DNA of 64,000 nucleotides from Camelus dromedarius. Lineage: Eukaryota. The DNA lies in NCBI RefSeq assembly GCF_036321535.1, contig NC_087437.1, forward strand, positions 41,294,001 through 41,358,000, in the 5' to 3' direction. The translations under genes were made by a program, and so were the position numbers. A model generated the notes under the pieces. It saw only the letters and a program-made list of their open reading frames with translations. It was not told the DNA's origin and ran no database searches. Position 1 is the first letter of the stretch; each line of letters starts with the position of its first letter. This document shows positions 11,615-25,101 of this stretch, piece by piece.

Positions 11615-13480
11615 AATTTTTTGAATTCCATTTTAATTTACCCATTGGCTTTTTTAGCCAGGCTCTTTGCACTAATTTTTTTTCAGTATTGCTCTAGATA
11701 ATATAATTCTTAACATTTCACAATCTATTTAGAGTTAATACTGTACCATTTCAGAGAAAATGTAGAAACCTTGCAACCATATATTCCATTTAAAGTCCCC
11801 TACTCCACCATATGCTCCACTTTATGCTACAGTTGTCATATATATCACATCTACATACACTAAAAGCCCCACAAAATGATATACCTTTTGCAGTAAGTAG
11901 GCATATGTATTTTAATCAAACTGAGGGGAAACCTAGTCTTTTTTATTTATACAGCTATCTACCATTTCTGATGTTTTACATTATGTCCTGTAAAATTCAA
12001 GTTTCCCTCTCATATTATTTCCCTACAGTTTAAAGAATTTTCTTTAGGAGTTCTTATAATACAGATCTGCTGGCAATGAAGCCACTTATGTTTCTGTTTA
12101 TTTAAAAATATCTTTGCCTTTATTCACAAAGGATATTTTCACTAGGTTTAGATTTCTGGTCTGACAGTTTTTTCTCCTCTCTAGAATTTTATAGATAAAC
12201 TGTTCCACTTTCTTCCAGCCTTCAGAGCTTTGGGTGGGAAATCCATAATCATTTGAATCAGTCATACTGTATGTAGTGCGCCATTTTCCTCTAAGCGCCC
12301 TCAAGATTTTCTTTTTATCTTTAGTGTTCAGCAACTTGACTGTATGTGTGCTTTGGTGAATCTTTTCTGTATTTATCTTGCTTAGGTTTAACTGAGCTTT
12401 TTGAATCTATGCATTTATATTTTCATAAAATCTGAAAACAATTTGGCCATTATCTCTTCAACACTTTTTTGGCCCTATTCTCATTCTTCTTCCCTTCTGG
12501 GACATTAAATATGTGTTAGACTTTAATTTTGTTCCACCGGCTTCAGGGTTCTGTTTACTTGTTTCAACCCTTTTTTTGAATAATTTCTACTGATTTATGT
12601 TTATGTTTACTGAATCTTTCCCCTATTATTTCCATTCAGCTATTAATTAAGTCCATATGGAGGACTTTTTTTGTTTCAGATATTATATTTTTAGTTCTAC
12701 ATTCTTTTTGTGCTTTTTTTAAAAAATGTTTTCTATTTTCTTACTGAAATTCCCTATACTTTCATTCATTACAAGAATATTTTCCTTTATCTCAATTAAA
12801 ATGGTTGTTTTAAAATCATTGTCTGGTTATTCCAGCTTCTAGATCATCTCAGGGTTGGCTTCTAACTCTCAAGAATGGGTCAGATTTTCCTGGCTCTTTG
12901 CAGGCCAAGTAATTTTGGATTATATACTGAATATTGTGAATGCTATGTTGTGAAGACTCTACTCTGTTATATTCCTTTGAACAGTACTGATGTTTATGTT
13001 AATGGCAATTAACTTTGTTAAACTACAAATTTTGTCTTGCCTACTATAGGTTAACAGGTCAAATCTCAGTTAAATTCTTTTAGTTCATTGTGTTGCTTTG
13101 AGTCTGTCCAATGCAGGCATGTTCAGAAGTCAACCAGAGACTTGGGCAAAGTTTACACACACCACCTGGGGCTTTCGTGGTCTGACTCTCTCCTTTCTGG
13201 TGCTGCCCTCTTACTTTCAGGCTGGTCACTCCAGCCTCTGTCTTCTTGTAACCCAGGCAAGAAGGATAGCAATTTTCATCAGAGCTTCAGCTGTCCTGTG
13301 CCAGGCAACAACTATAGATGCCCTACTGCTCTACAAAATCTGCCTGCCTTTTTTCACTCTCAAAAACCTTCAGGTAGCTACTTTTTAATATTTTGTCCTG
13401 AGTCATAGTTGCTATCTGTGGAAGGTTAGTGTGTTCAAAGCTTAGTCCATCCTATAAAAAGTGGAAACTACAAATCTCTC
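11615..13480 (-). mobile_element. Old L1 (L1M-type) 5' region including an ORF1 remnant
   Basis: Track ORF 12098-12334(-) LNTKDKKKILRALRGK...IYKILERRKNCQTRNLNLVKISFVNKG resembles the L1 ORF1p C-terminal region (roughly KEKILKAAREK...IFKVLKEKNCQPRILYPAKISFKNEG). Flanks resemble L1M 5'/inter-ORF sequence. Confidence 0.88.
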
Positions 13481-14169
13481 AATTTTTAAGAAATATCTCA
13501 ATTAAAAAATATATCTATATAATCAAACTTTAACTGGTGAACCATAGGCTGCCAAGTCTTTCTGCGTCCACTTCAATCTCCTTTTACTCGACCCCTACAA
13601 GAGTCATGTCATGTTGGCTCTTCCTACCATGGCCAATGAGCATCTTCTATTGCATATTTCAACACATTCTCAAGCCTTTATTCATATCTGGTCTCTACTT
13701 CGTAAGTCTTTGTTTCCTAAGAGCAGGATGTGTATTGCTGGTAAACTAGAAGACTTCAGGTGGCTGAGATACAACGTTAAATAGCACTGAATCACACCAA
13801 GGGAAAGTTATTTTAATTCTTCTTCAACTCTTCTGATTCTGTCAAGGAATAAATCTCAGTTTGGTGCTAATATACCTTCCACACCTATCTAATGGTGGCT
13901 AATTTCTACCCTTTCAAACATAGAGACAGGAGGTCTCCTGTGAAGAACCTTCGCTAGGCAACAGCATCTAGCTAGAAATAAATAACATTATTTTGTTTTC
14001 ACTTGATATATTTTTAGAGTTATCATGTATTTGTTGATACTGTTTTTCACTTGTGATAATGATATAAAGTTTAATTTTTAAATCAAATTCACCAAAATGA
14101 ATTGGTTTTAAAATAATAAATGTCAGTATTGGTCATCATAAGAATAGGAAAAAGATTTGTAGTAAAGTG

Positions 14170-14530
14170 GATAATTCTCATTGCTATAACAGATATTGCC
14201 CCACTTCCCAAATCTCAGTAGCTCAACACAGCAGAACTTAATTCTTGCTCATAAAAATTCCACCTGGATGTTCTGATCCATGGTAGTTGTCCACATCATT
14301 CAGAGTCCAGGAGTGACAAAATCTCTACCTTCTTCAACACAGTAGTCAGGGAAGAGAGAGAAAAAGCATGTCAGAGAGTATGGGAGGTTTTTACTGGTCA
14401 AGCTTAGAGAAAATATACATCTTTCTGCTCACAATCCACTGGCTAGAATCCAGTCTATGAGCACACTTAATTCTGAGAAGCTAGGAAATGGGTCTAATTC
14501 TATGCTCACGGAAAGAGATTTTGGTAAGCA
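14170..14530 (-). mobile_element. MaLR solo LTR, MLT1K/L-like
   Basis: 'cccaaatctcagtagctcaacacagcagaacttaattcttgctcat...tttctgctcacaatccactggctagaatccagtc'. Confidence 0.8.
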
Positions 14531-15854
14531 CAAAGCTTGGGAAACTGCAGAGTGTGGGCAACTCCATATGAGCTGATATTCCTTCAAAGCAGAAGGGAGG
14601 AGTGAGTCGTCCCGTCGCAGAAACCTCCCTTTTGTAAGGATGGCTCTAGATGTGAATGTCTCTGCTCCCCGCTCACCTTCCAGCCCCCAGTGTTAAGCCT
14701 CCATCCAAGAAATGCAGAGACAGACAGACAGTCCTCAGAAGTGTTCTGCCCATTTCAGCAGACTTCTCCCCACACAGGAGGAACCTGGGGTACTCAGTCC
14801 AGCTCCAAGCTGCTCAAGGCTCTTGTGCCCTGGGCTTTGTCTTCCTAGCAGTTTCGTAATCACAATTTACTAATCCTGTCTCACTATCTCCACAAAATCT
14901 TTGCTTTCTGAGAGTCCAATTAGCTAACCTGAAAAAGTAACCAGTGTTCGTGTTAATTGAAAGCTCTTCCTTCCTTCCTTCCCTCCAGGGAAATTAAGAA
15001 CATTTTACCCTGTGGCTTCCTGGAGTCTATGATGTTATTTCCAGTGTGGCCTGGGAAGATGCCACAACTGCAGCTCCTGGCTGGGCAGCCTCAGACCAGG
15101 GAGGGAGGGAGCCCCATTGATGATGGTGGGACCTGCCCGACAGGGTCGCTGTCACTCCACCAATCCCAATTCTAGGGTATCTGGCCTGTTCTGATTTGAC
15201 CCCTCCCTCATGCAAGAAGGGGTACTGGATCTTTAAAAGCAGGACATGCCCCTCCTCAGGATTTTTCTTTGACCCCCACAGACCACAGAGGACCTAATTC
15301 AGGGTGTGAGTTCTCTGCTTGGGCTCAGTAAATGCATCTGAATCAAATTCAAATTATTGATTAGGCACCATTGAGACATTCGCCGTCATTTAAATTGTGT
15401 CCTACATCTTCCTTAAAAATAGTAGATTTTTAAACTAACAAGAACAGTAAGTGTCAAAACTTTGCTCATTCCCAAAACGCTGTAATTAAAGAGTCAACCC
15501 CTCACACTTGTTGGAGCACAGTGGACGGAACCCTTGGATGCTGGCCTTCACTCAGATGTGACTGATGCTAGTGGAGAAGGCTTCTGATCCTGAATCCTAA
15601 GCCCACCCTCCACACACTCCCATCCTTTAAAGAAAATGTATGGAGCACCTAGATTCAAAGATAGTTTGGCGGCACCCTGGAAGGTTTTGTTTGTTTATGT
15701 GTTACACTGATTTTAAGAGCAACGCCATCTAAGTGGTCTTCTCAGCTGGATTTCCTGCCCCCGCAGAGTGCGGGTGCTGGAGCCGGGCTGCGGAGGCTGG
15801 AGTCCTGGACGCACCACTGCTACCTATGAGATCTGGACTCAGTTGTTCCACATC

Positions 15855-16020
15855 CTGTCTAGGATTTGCTTTAAAATTCTCCAACCAAAAAATGCAAGAG
15901 GGTGGGGGGTGGGGGTGACAGAATAGGTGAAACAGGATGGGCAAAATATTGATAATTTATTGAAGATGGCTAAGGTGTAAGGAACTGTCTACTTTCATGC
16001 TTGTTTGAAATCTTTATAAC
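15855..16020 (+). mobile_element. L1ME-like 3' end fragment
   Basis: 'tgtctaggatttgctttaaaattctcca...gaaacaggatgggcaaaatattgataatt...ctactttcatgcttgtttgaaatctttataa'. Confidence 0.75.
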
Positions 16021-17184
16021 TCAAGACACTTTTTATTATCCAAAGCATAAATAATTTTCCAAGTCCTTTCACAGAACACCTTTCTCATCTACTCCAGAGG
16101 TAAATGGGAGAGAACACATTGGGAATTCTATCCTTATTTTGCAGAACAATTTCTTTTCGGCTTCCCTGTTCTCATAGGTTACTGGTATAACAAGAACTTT
16201 ACTTTTTTCCCCTTCTACCCCTTCAGCTGTTCAGACTGAGGAAGCCATCAGATTCCCTGGTGTGTATTTCACCGCAGCCCTGGCCTCTTATAGGCCAGTC
16301 AAGATCCTAGGTATCCAGACATAGCTATAATTTAGTGTCATTCTCAGTGTTTGCTCTGAGATTCCAGCCCCTCGAGACCTCCCCTTTCCAAAAGGGGAGA
16401 GACTGGAGGCGGGAGGAGGAGAGGACAAGGGAAGGAACGTACCGCCTTCCATTTCAGGCACCAGCACAACTGCGTTTTTCTCCCATTGGCTCTTCAACAT
16501 CTGGAGGGAGCAAAACACAGATGCCAAGCCCACAGAGAGGAGGCAAGGAAGTCAATATTCTGGGCTCAGTATATACTTTTCTTTTTCATCCTCACCTCAA
16601 CTTTCCTCTGTAAGTAATGCACTGAGAGAAAAAAAGAGATCGCTTCCTGCTGGAGCTCCAATAACACCCACAGAAACTGCTGGTTTCCCTGGAGTTATAT
16701 TAATATGACTGATCACTGGTGATCCCTGTGAGGACCGCATGTGGTAACGTCAAAACTGTGCACGTTGGGGAAAGGCTATTCAAAACACTTTTCCCCAAAT
16801 TATCCATTTTTACTTGTATCCCCACAAAATACGGACTTCTCTTTTGCTCCTGACAGATCATGTAAAATTCAGAGACTGTTTTCCATCACATCTTTGAGCA
16901 AAATTGAACTCTGAATATAATTTTATTACTTCATATATCTTCATCAGCTAACTTAACCTGGATCTGCTCTTTAAAATTATTTTAAGTGAGAAAAAAAAGA
17001 AATCTGTTTGAATTTTATGTTAAAAATTTAATAATTCTCACTAAAGTAAAGGTTAAAAATATATTTAAAACTAGCTAATACCAGCATCAGAGGAAAAGAA
17101 AGTATATAATGACAGTTCTAATTAGTACATTCTCTTGTTTTGCACTTCTGAAGAGCAGCAATTAAATATCTACTTAAGACTTAC

Positions 17185-17239
17185 GTGAAGAGTAAAATAT
17201 TCTGCACCTGCAATACTGGTACCGTTTCATTTCCTCCAA
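17185..17239 (-). other. Candidate exon with strong donor (first coding exon from ATG 17230, or 55-nt internal exon)
   Basis: Donor CAC|gtaagt at 17184. The ATG at 17230 gives MKRYQYCRCRIFYSS plus 1 nt. A possible acceptor is tctaac...cctctccgtag|TTGG. Confidence 0.3.
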
Positions 17240-17679
17240 CTACGGAGAGGTTTAGCTTCTTACACGTTAGACCTCAGGTCACCCTGGTGGATGCAAACTG
17301 TATCAAGAGCAGCACAGTGTCTCTGATGATTCAGGATGGTGTTCACCTACCATTTAATTTCCATTCAATATGAACAAGTACAAAATTATCTTCCTAGCTT
17401 CTACCAGTATCAGTACAGACTAGTGTGTGTTAGTTTCCATCCAAGCAGTACACATGGACCAAACGTAGTTTCTGAGGGTTGGAACACTGTCACTTGCTGT
17501 CTGGGTTTTGAGCAGACCCCTTCCTCTGAACCTTGGATTCTTTGCCTCTTTCTTTGGGCAATTATTGTGAAAACACTTTGTAAAATGTAAAGCATTCACT
17601 CAAAAACTTTTGGGGGTCACTACCTACCTGTAAAAGCACTATGCCAGACTGATAGGTGGCCTTTGGGGCAATGGATGCC

Positions 17680-18600
17680 TGTGGCAAAGACAACGTGCTG
17701 ACTAAATATTCCACTTGTTCCCCCACACTTCCCAGCCTCTTTGCAGTTAGGTTGGGTCGTGTGATACTTCTGACCAATAAGCTGTGGGAAGAAGTCCCTT
17801 GTGTCACTTTTAGGCCGAAGTGTAGAAGAGCTGGTATGTGTTCTTCTGGTTGTGTCTTTTCTTGCTATGGTGACTGTAGCTATAATAGGGAAGAACAAAT
17901 CTGACTCCGTATTAGATCCGTTCCTCTAGCTCTAGCCCTGTGCTCTGTTTCCTGTGCTTAGTCATCCTGGTTTTGCACCTTTTGCAAAAGAATGTAGCCT
18001 ATAACCTGAAATATACCGGACAGCCCATTCTCAAGGCTCTGACATTTAAGGGTATAGCATTTTTCCATTCATACAGAGATAAAAAGTTGCACAACAGAGA
18101 ATAACAGTTGTCTTGTTGGAGGTTTACAGAAACATCATGCGGTGACCTACATGGACAGCTGCAAGGACAACAGATTCCAACACCAACAAGTCTGCAACAA
18201 CCAACCACACCCCCTCCCCTTTTTACTATAAAAGGAGCCTGAATTCTGCCTTGGGGAAGATGGTTCTTCAGGACATTAGCCTGCCATCTTGACCAAGGTC
18301 TGCTGGCTTTCCGCATAAAGTCGTTATTCCTTGCCCCACGCCTCATCTCCCGATTTATTGGCCTGTCGTGCGGCGAGCAGAAAGAATTTGGACTCAGTAA
18401 CATAGGGGCTTTGAGTTGCAGATACTACATCTACAAGCTGGCAAAGCTGCTGCCCTCAGCCTGGGCCCCTGCATGACTGTGGGATTCACCATCACCACCA
18501 ACTCTTGCTGGACGTGTTCAGTGAGTAAGAAACAAGTCTTCATATGTTAAGACATTGGAAGATGAGATTATTTGTTCCTGCAGCACATCTATGATATCCT
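17680..18600 (+). mobile_element. MaLR solo LTR, MLT1J-like, split by an ERV1 LTR
   Basis: 5' part 'cacacttcccagcctctttgcagttaggttgggtcgtgtgatacttctgaccaat'. 3' part 'gagtaagaaacaagtcttcatatgttaagacattggaagatgagattatttgttcctgcagca'. Confidence 0.85.
17881..18402 (+). mobile_element. ERV1-class solo LTR nested in MLT1
   Basis: Ends '...ttattggcctgtcgtgcggcgagcag...ggactcagtaaCA'. Internal TATA 'tataaaag' near 18227. 4-bp flanks TAGC/TAGG. Confidence 0.9.
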
Positions 18601-20769
18601 GAAAAAAATAATGTTTCAAGTCCCAAAATTTTAAAATTTTCAGCTAACCAGCTTCACAGAACTCCAGGTGCTTTATTTCTGCAACTTCCTCCCACACTGA
18701 GAGATGAGAAGGGCAGTTCATCGGGAACAGCTCCATCATGGCACCCTGGCAACCATGCGTATCTCCACAGAGGCCACAGAGGCAAAGTTTATCTGCTGTC
18801 TGATCCGGGGCTCGGCAGGATGCCCTGCAACTCCTCCTGAATTGAAAGGAGATCCACGCCCTGTGGGAAGCCACCATGCGACAGTTCCTCATCCACCTCC
18901 CAATCTGGTGGGAGCTTCCTACAAGGCCATTTCCCATCTATCTTCCTCATTCCAGTTGTGCACAGAATTTCCACCTCATGCCCCTAGTCTGCAGGGCACA
19001 GCTGCAGGCTTCTGTGTCTATAAAACCACTTGGCTGTAATTTGGGGATGGCTCGTCTGGGGCAGAATGACCCATCACTAGTGCCACCTGTCTTCTGGCCC
19101 CTCCCTCCAGTTCAGTGTCAATCCTGTGTGGGACCAGGGAGGCAGGGAGCTGACGCCTTGCTGATCTTGCTTTCACTGTCTAAGGAACACACGTCTGAAT
19201 CCACCTGAGCTTGTTGTGTCTTCAGTGGCCAAGTGTATGAAAGTGTTGGTGACCCAACGTAGGAAGTGCTCTTGTAGCCATGACCCTGCTGCTTGGGGAC
19301 CTCCCGACCACGTGTCACAGTTAAAGGTGGCTTTTAATGATAACTATTTGTTGCTCAGTGTCAGGCAGTTGTGTGCTGGGACATCTCTCTCCTGCCTGAA
19401 AGAATGAAAAGGGGCTCCAAGCATAACTATAAAACAGCTTTCCAATTTGAAGGTGGAAAACAAATGAGCCAGGTTGATTCCCCAGCACTTTAGCCTCTCC
19501 AACATTTTAATAAAGTTGGCGTCAGGTTGACAAAAGTTAGAAAGCTCCAACAACCCAGGCCCAGCTTCAGATGTTTGGTGGCAACATGGGGTGACGGAGT
19601 CTGAAGTGTGCTGAGTGGTGGCCGTGGACTTTGGTGAAACACATAAAAGAAAATCAACACACTACCTTATGAGCAAGGGGACAATTTGTTGATGTTTTGT
19701 ATGTTTGCCGTTTCTGATGAACCAGAAACATGTATCACATGGATGAATAATTTCAAATTAAATTATCAAAAGTGACGCTAACAGTATGTTTCCTGAATAT
19801 TAATAAACGTGAACAGGACACAAATTGGTTTACTAATTACTAAGCATCAGGAACTGTGTGAGAAAGAGGGTTTACAAAGATAAACAGGATTCATCCTTAG
19901 ATGTAAACCAAAAGGTCTACAAGACAGACAATGTTTCTGACTTGGCAGTGAGGTCCAGAAATATACCCTGGCTTGAGTCCTTGGAAGTGAAGAGAGGTAT
20001 AGTAACTGTGACGGGTAAGCCTGCTGTCTTTATTAAAATGGCACAGCCACGCACAGCACTCTCTGTTGGTAATTACACAGCACGGCCATGCCCTGTGATA
20101 CCAGAGAAGGGTCGCATAGTTTTGCTTGTCTCAAGTTTACAAATATCTTATTGGGAGTAAAAACCAACGTGAAATATTTTGATGGTTGTAAGGGAGAGAC
20201 CTTCTCAAGAAGAGAAAGGGGAAAAATACCTCACATTATTTCTGCGAGGGAGACATTATTTTCTTAGAGGGCTTGGATGTATGTTGCTTTAAAGATGATT
20301 CTGGGAGAAGAATGGTAAGTAGAAATTTGTACTTTCAGTGAAAATGATGGTGATGGGAGAAACGCTGCTAAAAACCACAGTGCACGCTAATAAAGCACTC
20401 ACACAGCCATGCTTTCCTGAAAGGAAGAACTAGCTTTCTAAGCAGAAAATGTTATATTTAATTAAAAAGAAATAGTCAAGTGTCATCCTTCTTATTTCCG
20501 TCTCAACCACGACCGTTCATCTAGGTCTTCATGCCATGCACGATGCTAGGCAGAAAGGGTACAAAGGCGAACAGGATATCTGTTTGGTCAATCAGTGCCT
20601 TGGCGCTTTTAATACCTTGAAGCTCTATTTTCTTGGGGCTTCCTTGGCTCTTACAGTAACAAGTGGTGCTCAGTTAAAAGGTTCTGGACTTCAGCTACCA
20701 TTGAAATGGTAATCAGGCAAGAATTCTCAAAACCACTGGGTCAAAGTTTGGAAGGAAACAGGTGGGTCA

Positions 20770-21530
20770 CGCAGTTCTCAAAGTATTATCCTACAGGTTA
20801 CTTATTAATTACAAAAAGGGAAAGGAGAAATCTCTGCAATGGAGAAGTCTAGTGGGCACTGGTTTAACCAAGGGATCAAACTCAGCACCACCAGTAAGAG
20901 GACAAACATTACGTGGCTCCTGATGTGATGCAACAGGAAGGACAGAACGCTGTCTGCATGGTACTCTCGCAAACTTAATTCACTTGAATCTAATCATAAG
21001 GAAGCAAGCAGGCGAGTACAGGTTGTGGGATATTGTACCAAACAACTAGTGAAGACTTTCCCAACACTGCACTGTAGTGCTATAGAAGAGCAAAACAAGT
21101 GGAGAACTATTCTTGATTAAAAAATACTAAAGCAACAGGACAACTAAAGGCAATGCATGATCCTCGATCAATCCAAACAGTTGTACAGATAATTATGTGA
21201 ACCACTTGGGAAATCTAAATAAGGACTATGTAGTAAAATGGCATTATTATATTGGTGTCAAATTCCTTGGTACTTGATAGTTTTGTGATTACATGGGGAC
21301 AGGTCTTTGTTCTTTGATGATAATGCTGAAGTACTGAGGGATGAAATAGTGTGATGCCTGCAACTTACTTTCAAATAACTCAGGAAAAGAACACGTGTGA
21401 ATTTACACACACATATATGAGAAGAGACGCAAAGCAAAATTGGTAAATTTAGGTGAAAATTAATTATGTGGATGTGCATTATACTATTGTCACAAATCTC
21501 CTTAATTTGAAACTTTCCATTAAAAAATGT
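20770..21530 (+). mobile_element. L1MC-like 3' UTR fragment
   Basis: 'ttaaccaagggatcaaactcagcaccaccagtaa...tgaatctaatcataaggaagca...gtcaaattccttggtacttgatag...tgcaacttactttcaaata'. Confidence 0.85.
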
Positions 21531-23744
21531 GGGAGGTAAACAAAAAAAGAAACAGCATCTGGCTGAGCTTGGGTTACAGCCATGGGTCACAGAAATCAGA
21601 AATGCTAAGGGGCCACTTGAATGAAGCCTGTGCTCTTGGCCTCACAAGCTCTTGTCTGACAGGGTGGCCTCAACTGAACGATGGGACGTTCCCGGAGGTG
21701 CATTCTTAGTTTGAAATACTTCAAGATGCTTCAACTGCCACACCCGACGAGGTCCATCTGTTCCGCTATATCTAGACTTAAAGTAATCATGCTTCAGAAA
21801 AGGGACAACTCGCTTTCAGTTGTGAAAATGAGCACAACTGAAGTAGTGTGAAATGCTCAATAACCAACTTCGAGGACATTGTGGGGACAACTTTGGGACA
21901 ACATGGGTGAGTGTGTCTACATCCTCGAACGTGGTCTCAACCGAACGCTGGCTATGGCGGGAAACTAAACATTAGACTTTAACATTTCCTTTTGAATTAT
22001 GAATTCTCTGCTGAATAGTTGATAACAAATGCCTTCAAATTCTGGCAGAAGTCTACATCTGAATGAATACTTCATGTTTTAAAGGAAAGTCATGATCTCT
22101 TTGTAAATAGTCTTTTGGTGTCTAAAGAGAAAAATTAAAAGATGTGATGTGTACATAAAGGAATGACAACTCAAGGTCCCATCTTCCACCCTCTCCCTGC
22201 CCTTTTATAAAGCCCTGTCCACCTGCAGAAGACAGCGAGATATTTCCATCCTAGGGTCTCTAGTTCCTCCACTATCTGCTCCACATCTGGCCCAAAGCTC
22301 TCTTGCTCAGGTCATCTGGTTTCCTTATCATTGTCAATCAGCCTTTCCAGTTAAGTCTATATGAAGCAAAATCAATTCCATCTTACAAAGTGATTGTTTT
22401 TCTTTAGATTGTCTAGTATTAACATCATAACAAAATGCCGAGCTAACACTAATCAACACAAAATTTATAAAGTCAAGTAAAATGAAGTTTCTGTTTATCG
22501 CACAGCTCAAAAGTCATATTCTGACTAGAAACTGAGCGGGATCAAAATGACTCTTCCCTCATCTTTTATTGTTCAATTATAGAGTAAAATAAAAAAGCAG
22601 TTACTCCTGGGAAAAAATTTGAAATTGGAGACAGTCAGCCTTCTCTCCTCCATGCCTCCACTCCCAACTTCTAGACTGTCTTTGGCATAAAGTATGGCTT
22701 TAGCATTATTTAAACTAATAATCTGTGATGTTTTCATACCATAACTTTTACTTTACATTGTGAAACATTTCAGGTATCAAAGTATGTGACATCAGTGTAA
22801 AACTCAAACATATCCTTTTCATTGATATAAGTAAAATATTTTTTGATAGCCCAACACATGTCCTTATTTTTTTAAATATCTAAATATAGAATATATAACA
22901 TTTCAAAACATTCAGATTGTATGACTAAATGCTTGTTTTTCCATCAAGAATGGGGCATTATGTGGCACAGCCTTCACACAAAAAGCTTAGAAGTAGGCAC
23001 CCCAAGGTTCAATGCACATGTTTTTCCTTTGCTGTCTCCCAGCCGTCAAACATGTGTATTGAACTATTTTTCTAAGATCAACTCTTCAAAAGCTAGCATG
23101 TGTGAGTAAACACTCTGTACCTGGCTTCCTGGCCCCACCTGCGTCTGGTAAGGAGAATGTCACTGCTAGCCTGTGGTCCCGTCCCCAGGAGGGAGGCTGC
23201 CTGGACTCGCGGGGTAATGTAGAGTGTGGACTGCATTTGTGCAGGGGACCTGGAGGAGTCAATCAGTATAGACTCACATCATAGCTGAGGAAGGTCCCAC
23301 GAGGAAGTGGAGCCTGAGTCAGACCTTAAAGGAGGGGAATCCAGAGGGGGATGGAGGTAAGAGGAATTATGTAAAAGGTGGGACAGGAAGAATACTTCAT
23401 GGGACATCTGCAGGGAAGCGAGGCGGCCCCAGGTGGATGAGCATTAAGGAGCAGTAGAAAAGTACCTGCTTCATAATACGAAAGCCCTACAGGGAAAGCA
23501 GAGGAACAGCCATGACAATGGAGCCCAGATGGACGGGGCCATGGGCAAGCTTACGTAAGACAGTGACTCGGGAACAGTGTCAACAAAGATAGACAGTGGT
23601 CTTAGATAGCTAAATGCGACCCTGCTTCGGTGTGGCCATTACACATTACACAGCACATAGGATTTGTAAGTTTTCCTTCTTTCTCCTCAACCAGACCGCT
23701 AAGAATAGGCCACGCTGATTGTGAGAACAGTTGAAGATCCTTAC

Positions 23745-24460
23745 CCATTAAAGCAAATATTTCATTTGGAAATTCATCCACAACTCTTTCAACAGCTCTG
23801 CGTGGCAGGTATAAGAGTGTGGAGCAGAAAGCAACATGAACGTAAGGAGACGGGTTAGAGATGCAGCTGTGCCCCTCGGGGAGTGCTAAATGACTTGTTA
23901 TTGGACTTCAAACAGAAAAAATAAGCCAATGAAATTTTTAAAAATCTCTTCTTTTCAGTGATCAATGGTGAGACTGTTAGATGTTTGGGCTCAATTTGAA
24001 CCCCCCCCCCAAAAAATCTTATTTTTGGATGCCAAGTGTCTCACTCAAGTGGATTTTCATGAAACAGTGAAACGACAGGGCCTAAATGTAAATACCACCA
24101 AAGCCCAGGAAGCTGGAAAGAAAAACAACCAGTAGGGAAAATTTGCTCTCGGTGGTCAGACCCAGCAGCAGTGATTCCCAGCAATTTATGCTCAGCTTTT
24201 CTTGAAATAACAAACTCTTTAAAGAGAGAAGGCAGGCGTGCTCTGCTGTCGTGGTGATGGGGAGAGCTGGCAGCAGCAACGGGAACTGAACTGACTGAGC
24301 AGATTTGGCAGACACCGGCCCTGGGGACAAAGTCAACCGTGCACTGCATGTTTTATTTGCGGAGGGTCATCTGTGCATCTTCAGAAGGAAGACTGACAAC
24401 GGGATTCATGGCCACCATCAGAGGTCAACTAGAAAGAGTGCAGCTAGTGTCAAAAACATC
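23745..24460 (-). other. Candidate alternative first exon (about 0.7 kb) ending ATG-G
   Basis: Unique sequence between the minus-strand TATA box (24481-24489) and a strong donor ATGG|gtaagg at 23744. Confidence 0.3.
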
Positions 24461-24480
24461 TGCCCTAACACCAAACTTTC

Positions 24481-24660
24481 CTTTATATAAGCCTCCAAAC
24501 CCCCTGTTTTCTATTTCATTCCTTTGGCCTTTGAACTATTCAGACACAGACGTTTATGCTGGTGCCTGGGTGAGGGGGTAGCCTATGGCAGCTGCTATTC
24601 TGGGCTATCTCTCGGGGGAGAACTCGGAAAGCTGGAAGTGCTGGGCAGGCCAAGGTCATC
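24481..24660 (-). promoter_or_regulatory. Candidate TATA promoter with DR1 (HNF4/PPAR-RXR) and NR5A/ERR sites
   Basis: Minus-strand TATATAAAG (24481-24489), DR1 AGTTCA-A-AGGCCA (24525-24537) and CCAAGGTCA (24650-24658). Confidence 0.45.
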
Positions 24661-25101
24661 AAATCCAAACCCCGCCTCCAGGCTCATCCATGTAAACCAG
24701 GACTTCGAGGGAAGGGCGCTTCTTAAATATCCCCACGTCTGGAGACCACACACACATTCCACGTTCACTTACTCCAAGGGTCAGGAAGTTCTTTATAGTA
24801 TATGACTAAAATACCTTCTCTTCACTCAACTGACTCATAGATCTAACTTAGCATGCTTAAAAACAATTGAGAAGTTAGCAACCATCAGATTTTCTCTGTT
24901 GTTGGTGTTGTGAGTTTTCTTTCTTTTTCACTACCAGCAGTTCCAATTCTGGACCACAAAGCAATTTGTGAAATTCAACCTTCTTTTTTAATCCTTTATA
25001 CAAAGTTGTTCATTCTGGAAAAAGAAGTGAATGATAGTTTACTGAATTAGCACAATCATCTCAAATTGAGTATATACAGCTATTGTGTCAGTGGTGGAGA
25101 A

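Noticed and set aside
12098..12334. 78-aa ORF as a host gene
   Set aside because: It is a frameshifted L1 ORF1 remnant.
13720..14140. Possible old hAT DNA transposon
   Set aside because: Vague resemblance only; termini and family could not be supported by eye.
15760..15815. CpG island
   Set aside because: Only a handful of CpGs over about 55 bp, far too short.
17999..18403. 134-aa ORF (also the ORFs at 27710-28027 and 61026-61277)
   Set aside because: These lie within solo LTRs and show no gag, pol or env similarity.
18644..19318. Cluster of overlapping ORFs on both strands
   Set aside because: Locally higher GC lowers stop frequency; no recognisable protein or splice structure.
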